Of a stretch of DNA of 64,000 nucleotides, positions 18,129 to 29,706 are shown in pieces (the first letter of the stretch is position 1; every line of letters begins with the position of its first letter). Below the pieces are notes generated by a model, which saw only the letters and a list, made by a program, of their open reading frames with translations, did not search any database and had not been told where the DNA came from. The position numbers and the translations under genes were made by a program. The stretch is from contig AP026679.1 in the NCBI GenBank assembly GCA_025999155.1, positions 400,699-464,698 on the forward strand, written 5' to 3'. The stretch comes from Candidatus Dojkabacteria bacterium (lineage in GTDB: Bacteria; Patescibacteriota; Dojkabacteria; JAOAGR01).

Positions 18129-18512
18129 AGTACAAGCAAGATTAAGCTTATTTTATGATATTTTCTATTTATCAAGATAATTACCATCAAATATATTTCG
18201 AATCCTGCTACACACCGTAGGTTATGTTATCTGCGCCTCAATTTTTTACTGTATTTCAATTGATATTTTAATTAATATCACAATTTAATTTGTTTAACTT
18301 TGTGAGGTAGAATTTACCATAAATCAAACCAATACCCCTATTATTTTATTACAAATATAGCAACTAAATACATCAATAACTTATCTACTATGTATAAAAC
18401 AATTAGAAAACATTTAATTTTTCTATCATATGTGAGACACAGTTGGATTTAGTTTCACCAAATCAAAAAAGCACATATGTACAGATATTGTACAAATATA
18501 GTATAATACTCC

Positions 18513-18743
18513 ATGGGAAAAGGTATGAATGGAGAACCAAAATTAAGCAAAGGCGCAGCTCATAGCAGTCTTGAAATAAAACCCCAAGAAGGTCATGAAC
18601 TCCGTGAAAAGGTATTCAGGGCTTTATTCTTTGGAGCAGGTTTAGGGTTAGGTCTAGGACTAGGAGGTATACTGGCACGAATTCATGCTGCATTTAGCTT
18701 AGAAACTGCTGGAGAGTTGTTCAAATGGATAACAGCCCCATAA
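18513..18743 (+). CDS. Small hypothetical membrane protein
   Basis: One Gly/Leu-rich TM segment; TATAAT 5 nt before the ATG. Confidence 0.55.
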   Translation: MGKGMNGEPKLSKGAAHSSLEIKPQEGHELREKVFRALFFGAGLGLGLGLGGILARIHAAFSLETAGELFKWITAP

Positions 18744-18769
18744 AGCTATCTGTTATTAGATGGTAAGAA

Positions 18770-19120
18770 GAGTCCTAGCAGTCTCTTACCTGTGATAATA
18801 TCTTAGAATGACTTATAGTTTTTAGTCACTGTCATTTGTTAAGTTGTTAGTTTACAAGCTACTCATAATATGATTTGGTTCTGCTGAATTGTCGGGTTGG
18901 AAGTGGATATAAAGCATGACAAATTTTTGGCCATTTCTACCTGTTTATAAGCATTTAACCATTGTACATTCTCTTTTCAGATATACCCGCAAGTTTATAC
19001 AAAAACGATAAAACCGGTCGATAGAGATCAATGTTAAAATCATATCTTTATACTGAGCATCCTGGGCTTCACGCATGCTACTGATAATTATCCAAAGGAC
19101 AGATTATCATATGATTTTTT
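18770..19120 (-). pseudogene. Heavily decayed copy of the 5' end of hsdM
   Basis: 19044-19080 reads SMREAQDAQYKD versus SIRGAQDASKYKD in hsdM (18021-18060); 18877-18956 aligns by eye with 17851-17931; boundaries approximate. Confidence 0.7.
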
Positions 19121-19330
19121 TACCTCATCTCTCACACTATTAAAACTTTAACTTACCAGTAACTGTACGGTGTAGAACAATATTCTCAACATGATACCTT
19201 ATTTTTATTGTCTCTACGGATAAACTGACGAGACATTAGTATATATAAATTTGTTGAATATATAGCAATTCTTTTTATTTACCTATAAAATTACTATTGC
19301 TAAAAAACACATTATGAAGTAAAATTAACC

Positions 19331-19867
19331 ATGAGCAAAGGAAAAAAACCACAAGATCTGGAATTATTAGAAGGTCTGTTTTCTACAGATCCGAAGCATG
19401 AAGATCCTCAAGAAACTGCTAAATATGAACCACGACGAAGACCAAGTATAGCGTGGGGACTTTCAGAAGCCTTTAGGCAAACAGGAGCAGATGTACAAAT
19501 AATCGTGAGAGGGGTAATGGGTCTTTGCAAGTCATGTGGAAAAATTGCTGGAGGTATAGTGGGATCTGTTGGTAGATTTGCTTGTCTCGGTTTTGCAATC
19601 CCTACTGCTGCTCTTCTATCATTGTTTTCTAGAGGCAATAATTTTGCCGATGCTTACGCTGTTACCTTAGCTGAAGTTAATAGATCTCCTATTTTTCAAA
19701 AGCTGATTGGTGGTTTGGTTATCTTAGCTTGGTATGGTCGGTTGGTTCGTGAAGAGATACTACCGCACCCTCTAGAAGTTGCCAATGGTATCTACATAGA
19801 TTTCTCCGCGCGATGGGATGCTGCTCAAGCTTGGCTACAAATGTTGGGAAATATGTGGCAAAGATAA
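19331..19867 (+). CDS. Hypothetical membrane protein
   Basis: 178-aa ORF with hydrophobic segments; TTGCTA-17nt-TAAAAT promoter ending 5 nt before the ATG. Confidence 0.65.
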   Translation: MSKGKKPQDLELLEGLFSTDPKHEDPQETAKYEPRRRPSIAWGLSEAFRQTGADVQIIVRGVMGLCKSCGKIAGGIVGSVGRFACLGFAIPTAALLSLFSRGNNFADAYAVTLAEVNRSPIFQKLIGGLVILAWYGRLVREEILPHPLEVANGIYIDFSARWDAAQAWLQMLGNMWQR

Positions 19868-20042
19868 CACATTGAAGAATTGTGTTTCATATAATACTTA
19901 TGCGAAAGTATTTCTATTGAATCAAAAAGCCCATCTAGCAAGTGCATAATAGAGTCACGATTTGTTATGTTTGCTCCTTTGGGTACAAATCTCTAGACCA
20001 AACAAAAAAAAAACTATATAATCCGTACACAGAAATTCATAT

Positions 20043-20231
20043 ATGGCAGCTACACCTAAAAAAAGACATAGCAAGTCAAGACGTAATAACCGAAGGTCGC
20101 ATCATATGAGGATAGCTCGAGAATTAGTTGCTATATCCAAGTGTCCAAATTGTGGTGTGTTAAAGACGCCTCATCAAGTATGTTGGAATTGTGGTCACTA
20201 TAAAGGACAATTAATCAAGAAAGCGTTATAA
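20043..20231 (+). CDS. rpmF: 50S ribosomal protein L32 (zinc-ribbon form)
   Basis: PKKRHSKSRRNNRRSH, CPNCG...HQVCWNCGHYKG. Confidence 0.97.
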   Translation: MAATPKKRHSKSRRNNRRSHHMRIARELVAISKCPNCGVLKTPHQVCWNCGHYKGQLIKKAL

Positions 20232-20268
20232 GTTTTACTTATTTTATAGTGGTGATAATCTTACTTGT

Positions 20269-20718
20269 ATGAGGAGTATTAGAGACCCTAGACACATAGC
20301 ACGAGTCCTTGCAGTTATTCATTTATATAATAATTTCTTTGGTCAAAGCTATCCCGTAGAGAAATGGAATGTTGATGACCTAGAAATCGGTAATTATTCA
20401 ACTAGGTTAAAAAATGCTATAGTCCAAGGAGTACAGGAAAAGCATAACGAAATTGATGAATTAATTAACAAATACTCCCATCCTGTAAAAACTACAGATC
20501 TAGACCTTGTGCAATTAACTATTTTGAGAGTTGCAGTATGTGAAGGTTTTTTACTGCAGTTAGTTCCTCCAAAGGTCGCAATAGATGAAGCAATTGAACT
20601 AACAAGAGACTTTGGCATGGAATATTCCGTAGATAAAATAGCAGGAATACTAGGCAATATTTATAATCATATTGTAACAAACACTACTGACAAACATAAT
20701 ACGTGCTTTGTTTTATAA
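20269..20718 (+). CDS. nusB: Transcription antitermination factor NusB
   Basis: RHIARVLA, ILRVAVCE, VPPKVAIDEAIEL, IAGILG. Confidence 0.9.
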   Translation: MRSIRDPRHIARVLAVIHLYNNFFGQSYPVEKWNVDDLEIGNYSTRLKNAIVQGVQEKHNEIDELINKYSHPVKTTDLDLVQLTILRVAVCEGFLLQLVPPKVAIDEAIELTRDFGMEYSVDKIAGILGNIYNHIVTNTTDKHNTCFVL

Positions 20719-20914
20719 AGATTTCGATTTTTGTACGCGTACCAGACACCAGCATATCTAAGTTATAAATCTAAAAAACCTAACATACTATTTTTCTAGT
20801 TAAATACAGCTTTTACTTCTAAAGGATTTCTTCTTAATTTATTACGGTAATATAGTATAAATAACATGACTTAGTTTGATATTTTATATATAGTATAATA
20901 TTATACAAATTTAA

Positions 20915-21694
20915 ATGGAGGGAAGTCACGACAGAGAAGGAAGCACTCATATTTATAGAAAATCTGCATGGATTTTGACAGGTACCGATGAAGTCGTAAC
21001 AGCATCAAGGTTACAAATTCTATTTTATCAAGCACTTAGAGAAGAACACGAAACAACTTTCACTTATGAAATACGACCATTTTGTTGGGTTACAGGCGAA
21101 GGATTGATAGGCAGCTCCCGTAAACATAGAGGTAGAAGTAGCGGTATTAGTAACACAGGAAAATTAGACGCTCATCATATCGTACCTGTCGATTGGGTAT
21201 TAGAAGAGATGCGAAAAAACTGTACAAATGAGCAAATTCATAAATACATACATAATGAATATCGAAATAACCCAACAGATCCAGTCTTTCTGTTATTGCA
21301 GAAAATAATTAAAATTACGTACAGTAGCGAGAATGGAGTACTGATAGATCCTGATTACCATGAAAAGCTACACAGTAAATGTGGAAATAATCCTGAAACA
21401 TTAATAGAATTTATGCGTATTCGGTGTCTGGTAACTTATCGACAGTTACAGAACGACACAGGTGATAAAATACCTCGTGAAGTAGTAGTTGACGGAACTG
21501 TTAGACCCGGCAAACCGTTTATTTTAAAGAGGTGGACTTCATTAATGGCTGATAGAGGACTATTTCCTGTAAATATAGATACAGCTAATCAAAAATCAAA
21601 CTACGTGTACAAGCCCACGTTTCTAGACAAACTCAAAACAGAATTTAACCAATTTCGATCCGACAGCACAAATATCAGTTTAAGAAGAAGTTAA
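20915..21694 (+). CDS. Hypothetical protein with an HNH-like nuclease motif
   Basis: LDAHHIVP ... ENGVLIDPDYHEKLH resembles the H-N-H beta-beta-alpha metal motif. Confidence 0.55.
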   Translation: MEGSHDREGSTHIYRKSAWILTGTDEVVTASRLQILFYQALREEHETTFTYEIRPFCWVTGEGLIGSSRKHRGRSSGISNTGKLDAHHIVPVDWVLEEMRKNCTNEQIHKYIHNEYRNNPTDPVFLLLQKIIKITYSSENGVLIDPDYHEKLHSKCGNNPETLIEFMRIRCLVTYRQLQNDTGDKIPREVVVDGTVRPGKPFILKRWTSLMADRGLFPVNIDTANQKSNYVYKPTFLDKLKTEFNQFRSDSTNISLRRS

Positions 21695-21832
21695 TCTAAA
21701 AATATTAAGGCTAGTCATGTATCGGTCTACTTTTTATTTACTAATCCAAACTGCTTTTTATACATCCATTAAATCATACTAAAACAATGGCTTATTCTTT
21801 ACTCGACTATTTTAAAATAGTAATTTAGCTCC

Positions 21833-21925
21833 TGGCGGAGAGGGCGAGATTCGAACTCGCGGCAGCCTATGAAAGACCGCACCGCTTTTCGAGAGCGGCT
21901 CCTTAAACCACTCGGACACCTCTCC
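21833..21925 (-). tRNA. tRNA-Ser(CGA)
   Basis: GGAGAGG acceptor stem, CCGCT-CT-CGA-AA-AGCGG anticodon arm, long variable arm, TTCGAATC, encoded CCA. Confidence 0.96.
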
Positions 21926-21959
21926 AAAAACACAAAATATTAAATCAAAGTTTTAAGAA

Positions 21960-23516
21960 CTATTTTATAAGCCTATAACAAACAACTTTATCTCCTGTCT
22001 GCAATTCTACATTTGGGTCCAACATTATGCCACATTCCATTCCCGTATTAATTTCTTTGACATTATCTTTATTATGTCTGAGAGAAACAATCTTACCCGA
22101 AGCAACCTTCTCATTTTTTCTCATCACATATACATTATAACCTTTGATTATCTTTCCTTTATTCACTCTAACCCCTAGCACAAACTTACCGTTACTGAGC
22201 TGGAATACCTGCAAAACATTGCCTTCCCCTACAATTTCTTCACTAGAATCTGCATCTACAAGTCCTAACATAGCTAATTCAATTTCTTCTAACATTTCAT
22301 AGATTACATTGTACTCACGTAGGATAACACCTGAATTCTCAGCAAATTTAGAAACTTTGTAGTCTACTTTTACATTAAAAGTCAGTATTATAGCTCCACG
22401 AATTTTAGCTACATCTACATCATTTATAGTGACATTTCCTGTACGTTTCTCGACAATGTTCAATCGGACACCTTCTACTTCAAGTTTATTTAATCCATGA
22501 GTAATAGCCTCTATAGATCCTTGAGTATCAGCAACTAGTATGATGTTTAACTTCTTGATATTTTCCTCTTCTTCATCGACAGCTAACATGGATAAAATAT
22601 CAGCTTTACTGAATTTGTTGTGATTTTCTTGTCTTTGCTCATTAAATGATTTTTGCTTAGAAATTTCCCGGGCGACATTTTCTTTGACATAGGTTCTGAC
22701 AATTTCCCCCAGCTCTAAGACTTTTGGAATACCAACAATTTTTACGGGCATTGATTCAATTGCAGAATCAATAGTTTTATTTTGATCGTTGATTATTGCT
22801 CTAATCCGACCGTATATACATCCACCTACGGCATATTCACCTCTTTTTACTTCACCTGCTTTTACAATTACAGTAGCAATGGGACCTAAAGACTTATCTA
22901 CGGACGACTCAAGTACTATACACTCCGAAGTAAATTCAGCATTAGATATGTCAGTAAACTTATATAATTCATTTATTTCAGCTACTAAATTAATCAAATC
23001 TAGTAGCTTATCTACATTAGTACCAAGCTTCGCAGATATTTCTACATAGGGAATGTCTCCTCCATAACCTTCTAGCATAATCTCTTCCATAGCCAGCTCC
23101 CTTTTGACTTTTTCCACGTTTGCACCTGAGACGTCAATTTTATTTATAGCCACAATGACATGTGTTCGTATTTTTTTCAAAAGCCCAATAACCTCCTTCG
23201 TTTGCGGCATGACACCATCATCAGCAGCGACAACTAATATCACAATATCCGTTATTTTTGCTCCCCTTTCACGCATTGCAAAAAATGCCTCATGCCCTGG
23301 AGTATCAATAAAAGTTATAGGTTTATTATCATATCGAATTTGATAAGCCCTAACTTGCTGTGTAATACCTCCATATTCGCGTTCTGCTATATTTGTCTTA
23401 AGAATGTAGTCGAGTAGAGTAGTCTTTCCATGATCTACATGACCCATGATAGTGACAACAGGTGCCCGATACTGCCTATTTACAGACATGAAATTGTTTT
23501 TATCGTTTTTACTCAT
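21960..23516 (-). CDS. infB: Translation initiation factor IF-2, short form
   Basis: [26 protein letters not shown]; no N-terminal extension. Confidence 0.96.
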   Translation of the reverse strand: MSKNDKNNFMSVNRQYRAPVVTIMGHVDHGKTTLLDYILKTNIAEREYGGITQQVRAYQIRYDNKPITFIDTPGHEAFFAMRERGAKITDIVILVVAADDGVMPQTKEVIGLLKKIRTHVIVAINKIDVSGANVEKVKRELAMEEIMLEGYGGDIPYVEISAKLGTNVDKLLDLINLVAEINELYKFTDISNAEFTSECIVLESSVDKSLGPIATVIVKAGEVKRGEYAVGGCIYGRIRAIINDQNKTIDSAIESMPVKIVGIPKVLELGEIVRTYVKENVAREISKQKSFNEQRQENHNKFSKADILSMLAVDEEEENIKKLNIILVADTQGSIEAITHGLNKLEVEGVRLNIVEKRTGNVTINDVDVAKIRGAIILTFNVKVDYKVSKFAENSGVILREYNVIYEMLEEIELAMLGLVDADSSEEIVGEGNVLQVFQLSNGKFVLGVRVNKGKIIKGYNVYVMRKNEKVASGKIVSLRHNKDNVKEINTGMECGIMLDPNVELQTGDKVVCYRLIK

Positions 23517-23732
23517 AATGCTACAAGATTTTAAACTAAAAAAACTATTTATACCAAATTTTTCGTAAGTTTGAATAAATCTAACACAAATACCGCCGAA
23601 ATATTGCTATCAGAAATAAACAAAGAAATACAGGTCTAAGATCTTAAGATAAAAAGACCTACCACAGTCCACCAAGTAAAATTATTATCAACTTCAAAAT
23701 AGAATTTAAAACCAAAAGTAATTTAAATCCTA

Positions 23733-25292
23733 TTACTTAGCCGTAGCCGTCGCTCGTATTTCTCTTATTACAGTAACCTTTACAATACCGGGATAAGTCT
23801 GGGTAGACTCTATCTCTTTTGCTATATCATTTGATAGGATAATTATAGCATCATCGTTCATTATTACAGGGTCTACGAAAACTCTTACCTCTCGTCCTGC
23901 TTCGACAGCATAAGCTTCTTTTACTCCTTCATATTTTTTCGCGATTTCCTCTAATGCTTTGATACGTTTGACATAATCCTCTACATTACCATAACGAGCT
24001 CCCGGCCGTGCTGCAGAATTAGCATCAGCTATGTATACGAGTGCTGATTCCATACATACTGGATCTTTTGCCATATGATGAGCATACATAGCATTAATGA
24101 CTTCAGGTCTTAACTTTAACTTAATTCCAATCTCTTCTCCTAATTGCATATGATCTCCCTCTTTTTCGTGTGTTATGACTTTACCGATATCATGCCACAA
24201 TGCACATTCTTTTGCTAACTGTACATCTAATCCCAATTCACTGGCGGCACGCTCTACAAAACTGACAACCTCAAGGACATGTGTTGCAAGACATTGACCA
24301 TAACTAAATCGGTACTTCATACGACCAAGATATTTGAGATGCTCCAAAGACAAATTTGGAAATCCTGCTTTATAAGCAATTTCTTCTCCATCCTTGATAA
24401 TTTGCTTCGCTATTTCTAAACGGGCCTTTTGTACATATTCTTCTATACGGGCAGGATTTATGCGACCGTCTTTGATCAATTTAGTCAGGGCAATCTTCGC
24501 TAATTCTCTTCTAAGTGGATCAAAACACGATATCACTATGTAATCATCTGATTCATCGAGTATTAGATTGACACCAGTAATTTTCTCGAATGTTTTGATG
24601 TTTCTACCTTCTTTGCCAATGATCTTTCCTTTTACTTCTTCACCATCCACAGGAAATACAGATGTCGTATATTCTGCAACATAATCTGTAGCTGATGATG
24701 TCATAGCATCAATTATTATTTCTCTTGCTAGTGTTTCAGATTCTTTAGTTAGTTTTTCTCTATAAGTTCGTATTTGATTAGCAAAATCTTTTTCTAGAAA
24801 ACTTTTCATGTCTTCCATCAATTTTTCCCTAGCCATATCAGGCGTCATACCAGCAATTTCAGCCAATTTTTCAGCTATGGAGTTTCTTTCTTTTTTCAAG
24901 TTTTGCTTTTCTTGCTCGAGGATTTCTTCTTCTTTATCTAATTTTTTCTCTTTTTCTAATAAAAAGTTTGTTTTTTGTTCAAGAATTTTTTCTCGTTCTA
25001 GTAAAGATTTTTCTAGCTCTACAGCAGACTTTTTAATTTCTATAGCATCTTTTTGGGCTTGTTGGCGAATCTTTTCTGCTTCTTGTTTAGCATCTTCAAT
25101 TTTTTTTGCGGATAATTCATCCAATAGTTTGATTTTTTCCTCATCACTGAGGAATTGAGTTTTATTAAGAGCATCATCTTTTTCTTTTTGAAGAATGCGA
25201 TTTTTATTATATAGATAAACTGATGCTACTATACCAACAATAGCTAAAACAAAAGCAAATATAGTTATTCCTGTCATAATATTTTTTCTCAA
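23733..25292 (-). CDS. rny: Ribonuclease Y
   Basis: N-terminal TM, coiled coil, KH domain (KGKIIGKEGRNI), HD domain (WHDIGK), SAARPGAR. Confidence 0.96.
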   Translation of the reverse strand: MRKNIMTGITIFAFVLAIVGIVASVYLYNKNRILQKEKDDALNKTQFLSDEEKIKLLDELSAKKIEDAKQEAEKIRQQAQKDAIEIKKSAVELEKSLLEREKILEQKTNFLLEKEKKLDKEEEILEQEKQNLKKERNSIAEKLAEIAGMTPDMAREKLMEDMKSFLEKDFANQIRTYREKLTKESETLAREIIIDAMTSSATDYVAEYTTSVFPVDGEEVKGKIIGKEGRNIKTFEKITGVNLILDESDDYIVISCFDPLRRELAKIALTKLIKDGRINPARIEEYVQKARLEIAKQIIKDGEEIAYKAGFPNLSLEHLKYLGRMKYRFSYGQCLATHVLEVVSFVERAASELGLDVQLAKECALWHDIGKVITHEKEGDHMQLGEEIGIKLKLRPEVINAMYAHHMAKDPVCMESALVYIADANSAARPGARYGNVEDYVKRIKALEEIAKKYEGVKEAYAVEAGREVRVFVDPVIMNDDAIIILSNDIAKEIESTQTYPGIVKVTVIREIRATATAK

Positions 25293-25447
25293 ATATAAAA
25301 CTAACCTGATAATTCATCGATATAATAGTCTCTTTTTAAATTAATTTTTAATCCAAAGTCCATAATTATATTAAGGCTTACGAGAATTAACAGGTCAGAA
25401 TATTATAAATCAATTTGAGTAAATCTACCAAAAACAAATCAATCCTC

Positions 25448-25987
25448 TTACGGAGTATTTACTTGAAATATTGATAGTAATGCAGGCAATTCTATAATTC
25501 TAAGGATTAAACTCAAAGCCAATATACTTAGAGCAATATGTACAAACATACCCCAAAAAGTATCGTCTCTATATTCTAAATAATTTTTCACAGTCAATAT
25601 TTTATTTAGGAAATCATTTTTAGGTTTGGTTATATTTAAATATAAAAAGACAAAATAAACTATTGCATTAGCCAAAGCCGCTATAAAAGTAGATAAATCA
25701 AAAGTTATATCATTCTTCCTGTAAGAAATAGTTATTTCGTGCGTACTGGAATAAATCGGCATAATCAAAAATGCAAGTAATGCAAAACCAAACGAAATAT
25801 CCAAAATACCTAGAAAATGGACAAAACCTAATTTACTTCTATCCACAACCATATGAGGAATCAGATTCAATACAAAGTATACCAATAGACCAACAAAAAA
25901 CGCAGGTAATACACCGAGTTTATATTGCATCACTATAAAAACAGATACAAGTATATTTGCAGTCAAAAACATAATCGATTTTAACAA
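25448..25987 (-). CDS. Hypothetical multi-pass membrane protein
   Basis: About five hydrophobic helices; start codon uncertain. Confidence 0.65.
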   Translation of the reverse strand: MLKSIMFLTANILVSVFIVMQYKLGVLPAFFVGLLVYFVLNLIPHMVVDRSKLGFVHFLGILDISFGFALLAFLIMPIYSSTHEITISYRKNDITFDLSTFIAALANAIVYFVFLYLNITKPKNDFLNKILTVKNYLEYRDDTFWGMFVHIALSILALSLILRIIELPALLSIFQVNTP

Positions 25988-26160
25988 TAAATCAGAATAA
26001 AGACTAATGTGATAATAAAAACAAGATCATTAAATCACTATTTCATCCAAATCATTTATAGTGACATACGAACTTTATAACAAGTAAATTCCGAGCCAAT
26101 GTACTAGTTATTAACTAGAGAATTTAACGATAAAAATAGAGATAGAGAATGTACCGTAAA

Positions 26161-26235
26161 TGGAGCGAAAGACGGGATTCGAACCCGCGACCTTCTCCTT
26201 GGGAAGGAGACATTCTACCACTGAACTACTTTCGC
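26161..26235 (-). tRNA. tRNA-Gly(CCC)
   Basis: GCGAAAG acceptor stem, TCTCC-TT-CCC-AA-GGAGA, GGTTCGAATCCC, encoded CCA. Confidence 0.96.
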
Positions 26236-26311
26236 TTACGTAATATTTTAACACAGGGCCCCAAACTTACATCAAATTATTAATCAATAAATACTTACTC
26301 AAAATACTTTA

Positions 26312-26692
26312 TCAAATAGACATCCGCAAAATTGTCAAAAGAAAGGCTGCTAAGACATTTACTACACCGGCAAAAAGCATACTAAGCAATATCAAATTAA
26401 ATATTTGATTTAAATCTTGTAGCGAATTTTTAGGATCTTTTAAAACCTGTTTTATACCAATAGCAACACAATAAGAAGTGTAATACTGCACAAAAGCTAA
26501 TGATGCGATAAATAGAGTAGGGTATAAAATAAAAGGATTTGATTTCGTAAATAAAACATAGAAGAATAGCAATAAAGAGACCCCCAAACTGGCAAAGCCA
26601 ATATTTCTACGTAGTATTAAATCTTTGCCGGATATATTACATATTTTTGTTGTTTGAGAGTCTTGGTTTTGTGAATTCTGATCTTTTTCCAT
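26312..26692 (-). CDS. Hypothetical membrane protein
   Basis: Three hydrophobic helices; CNI...RR and YC motifs. Confidence 0.65.
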   Translation of the reverse strand: MEKDQNSQNQDSQTTKICNISGKDLILRRNIGFASLGVSLLLFFYVLFTKSNPFILYPTLFIASLAFVQYYTSYCVAIGIKQVLKDPKNSLQDLNQIFNLILLSMLFAGVVNVLAAFLLTILRMSI

Positions 26693-26788
26693 TTCCGTTT
26701 ATCTCAGAATTAAGAACTGATGCCTGTAAATAAACACGGCAAGGAACAATAAAAAACTAGTTATGTTATTTTATTCAGGCAACTAAAC

Positions 26789-28048
26789 TTATACTCCTAG
26801 ACCTACAAACTCACCGTTTTCATAAATGACTAATTCCCTTCCATCTTTTAATTTCGCTGTCACTCTACGATTCGAAGTACTAATAATATCCGTATGTATA
26901 GCAGAATCATTAAACCCCATGGCTTTCAATTCCTCATCCGAATATTTTTCTTGATTTGCTATGGCATCTCGATAACTTTGTCCGAGAGCTATGTGAGTAT
27001 TACCATATTCGCCACCGAAATTCTCATCAAACAAAGTATTAGCCATAATCCTATCTATACGTGAGAATCTCTTGTCTGTCAGACTAAACTCTCCTACACG
27101 CCTTGCGCCTTCATCTGTTTCTAACATAGCTTTCAATGCTTCATAATTTTCATCTGCTGAATAATTGACAACATTACCATCTTTAAACTCCAACCTAATA
27201 CCTCTAATTATCTGTCCGTTGCGATATAGAGGCTGATTAAACTTTATCCAGCCATTTGTATATCGAGCATCCGGTGAAGTGAATACTTCAAAACTAGGAA
27301 TATTTCGGCCAGTACCTCCGCAAAATACTCTTTCTGATCCCATAACTATGTGTAAATCAACATCTTCACCTTTGACATGCAAAGATTCAATTCCTAAAGA
27401 ATTTAACTTATCGATAATTTGTTGAGTTTTGCGCATTGTATCCCTATGTCTAGCGATTGGATCCTCTTCATCAAGATAGCAAGCTTTTATTACTTGATCC
27501 CAATATTCTTCTATCGTCATAGAAGCGGCTTCTGCCATAGCAGGTGATGGATAGTCTGTCAGTACCCAAGTAAGTTTGCCCTCGTACTCTTTTTTAAACC
27601 GCATATCCATATATTTCTTCCAGACTCTGTTTCTCTGTGCTATACGACTCTGATCTATACCTTGATAATAATTATGATCATATGTAGAAAGTAGCAATAC
27701 CACATGATCAATTGCATCAACTCTTGCTTTAATATAATCCTCCGGGAAGAAATTTAATTGTTCTTCATTTGCTAATTCATAAAAAAGTCTCGTTTCATCT
27801 CTATCTCTTTCAAGTTCAGCCGGCAAATAACATAAGATCATATGAGCGCCAGATTTTAAAATTGCCTCTTGTAAAGGCAGTAACATTGGCTTTGCAATCT
27901 CATTTAACATTACATATACAACTTCGCCCTTTTTCACTCCTTCGCCAGAATTTAAAGCAAAATTAATTAAAACATTTGCTAAGTTTTTTAATATTTTTTC
28001 TTCTGGAATGTAAATGTTATTTATATATACGTTTTTTGACATAGGCAT
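26789..28048 (-). CDS. M29 family aminopeptidase (AmpS/AmpT-like)
   Basis: NIPSFEVFTSP, GEFSL, LFDEN, HIALGQSY, NDSAIHTD. Confidence 0.93.
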   Translation of the reverse strand: MPMSKNVYINNIYIPEEKILKNLANVLINFALNSGEGVKKGEVVYVMLNEIAKPMLLPLQEAILKSGAHMILCYLPAELERDRDETRLFYELANEEQLNFFPEDYIKARVDAIDHVVLLLSTYDHNYYQGIDQSRIAQRNRVWKKYMDMRFKKEYEGKLTWVLTDYPSPAMAEAASMTIEEYWDQVIKACYLDEEDPIARHRDTMRKTQQIIDKLNSLGIESLHVKGEDVDLHIVMGSERVFCGGTGRNIPSFEVFTSPDARYTNGWIKFNQPLYRNGQIIRGIRLEFKDGNVVNYSADENYEALKAMLETDEGARRVGEFSLTDKRFSRIDRIMANTLFDENFGGEYGNTHIALGQSYRDAIANQEKYSDEELKAMGFNDSAIHTDIISTSNRRVTAKLKDGRELVIYENGEFVGLGV

Positions 28049-28055
28049 TTTTTAA

Positions 28056-29375
28056 TTATTTTTTTGATAAAAATTTATTACTTAAGTATAGACCTTTTTT
28101 AATTAATTCAACATCATAATTCTCATTTACTCCATGCATGTTACAATCCTCATTTCCAAGCCCTAATGAAATTACAGGCACTTTCAGAATAGATTGAAAT
28201 GTACCTGCAACAGGCACTATAGCCCCACATAACTTGAAATAGCAATCTTTCCCGTACACTTCATGAGCTATTGATTTGAGTTCGGTTGCATAAGCATTAT
28301 TCACGTCAATTAATATAGGCTCACAAGCTTCGCTAAATTCTAACGAATAATCGGCATAACTTGGTATATGTGTTTGTAGATAATTTTTAAAAGCATTCAA
28401 AACTTCTTTTGAGTTATGTTTTGGTGAAATTCTAAAATTTATTTTCGCAACTGCACTGCCAGGAATTGCATTTCTAAATCCTTCCCCCAGATACCCGGCA
28501 CTGAGAGTAGTAACCTCCGCAGAAGTCAAATAACCATTCTGTAAATAAAAATTCATTGTATTATTAAACCTCACTTTAGCTCCAGTATTATTAAGGAAAG
28601 TAGCCTCATCAAATGGCATACTTTCACTATCTTTTACTAAATTCTCATCTATACCTGTCAGAGTGTTGTCAAGCCCAGGTAAGATCAAAACTCCACTAGC
28701 ATCATGCATACCAGCTATTAATTGTGATAGCACATGAGCAGCGTTCGGTATGGTACCGCCATATAAGCCTGAATGGTTATCTTTTTGTGAAGTTGTAACT
28801 TTGAGAATCACATTAACTATACCTCTAAAACCCGTCTCGATCACTGGATGAGACATAGTCAATTCACCATCCGAAAAAAACACAAAATCACACTTCAGCT
28901 CATCTGCATAATCTTGTACAAACTTGTCGAGTAGGGGAGAACCAGTCTCTTCATTTCCCTCGATCATAAAAATTACATTGTATCTTAATTGACTTGTTTG
29001 GATTAATTCGATTACTGTGAAAAGATGTATCAAGATTTGTCCTTTATTATCAACGACCCCTCGAGCGTATAATTTATCATTATCTTCATATAGTTCGAAA
29101 GGATCATTTTTCCAACCTTCATCTTGCGAAGCCGGCTGTACATCATAATGACCGTAAATCAATACCGTATTAGCATCTGGTGAGACTACATATTTACCAA
29201 GCACTATATCATTACCATAACCTGAAACTAACTTAACATCAAAACCAAAACGACTCATCAATTCATACAGCCATCTTGCGGCGGCAGCAACATCGGATTT
29301 GTACTTTTCATCTGTAGAAATGCTTTTAAAACTTACAAATTCTTTTAGTAAGTTTTTGTAATTTTCGTAATTCAT
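28056..29375 (-). CDS. M20 family dipeptidase
   Basis: YGHYDVQP, ARGVVDNKGQ, EGNEETGS, HSGLYGG, HGVNE. Confidence 0.93.
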   Translation of the reverse strand: MNYENYKNLLKEFVSFKSISTDEKYKSDVAAAARWLYELMSRFGFDVKLVSGYGNDIVLGKYVVSPDANTVLIYGHYDVQPASQDEGWKNDPFELYEDNDKLYARGVVDNKGQILIHLFTVIELIQTSQLRYNVIFMIEGNEETGSPLLDKFVQDYADELKCDFVFFSDGELTMSHPVIETGFRGIVNVILKVTTSQKDNHSGLYGGTIPNAAHVLSQLIAGMHDASGVLILPGLDNTLTGIDENLVKDSESMPFDEATFLNNTGAKVRFNNTMNFYLQNGYLTSAEVTTLSAGYLGEGFRNAIPGSAVAKINFRISPKHNSKEVLNAFKNYLQTHIPSYADYSLEFSEACEPILIDVNNAYATELKSIAHEVYGKDCYFKLCGAIVPVAGTFQSILKVPVISLGLGNEDCNMHGVNENYDVELIKKGLYLSNKFLSKK

Positions 29376-29515
29376 AATTAATAGCTAAGATTTAGATCTA
29401 TATTCTATCAATATTTTAATTCTTTGTAATAAAATATAAAGTATTTGAATAAATATCAGAGTCAAGATATTACGGATTTAGCTATTTTGTGCTAAGATTA
29501 AGTCAAATCATTATA

Positions 29516-29592
29516 CGGGGAGTAGTTAAGTTGGCTATAACGCTTGGTTTGGGACCAAGAGGGCGGAGGTTCGAGTCCTCTCTCCCCGACCA
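29516..29592 (+). tRNA. tRNA-Pro(TGG)
   Basis: CGGGGAG acceptor stem, CTTGG-TT-TGG-GA-CCAAG, GGTTCGAGTCC, encoded CCA. Confidence 0.95.
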
Positions 29593-29706
29593 TTGATGCA
29601 ACAATTTCCTTTGAAATAAACAGTTAATACAAGCAGAACATATTTTCAGCATAGATGAGTTTATTCAATACTTTGTTTATAATTTACGCGAGCTATATAA
29701 ATTGAC

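Noticed and set aside
18196-18220. TTCGAATCCTGC resembles a tRNA T-arm or att site at the edge of the R-M locus
   Set aside because: Too short, no matching tRNA end in the window and no integrase
21960-23516. IF2 lacking the N-terminal domains
   Set aside because: Short IF2 forms are common in reduced genomes
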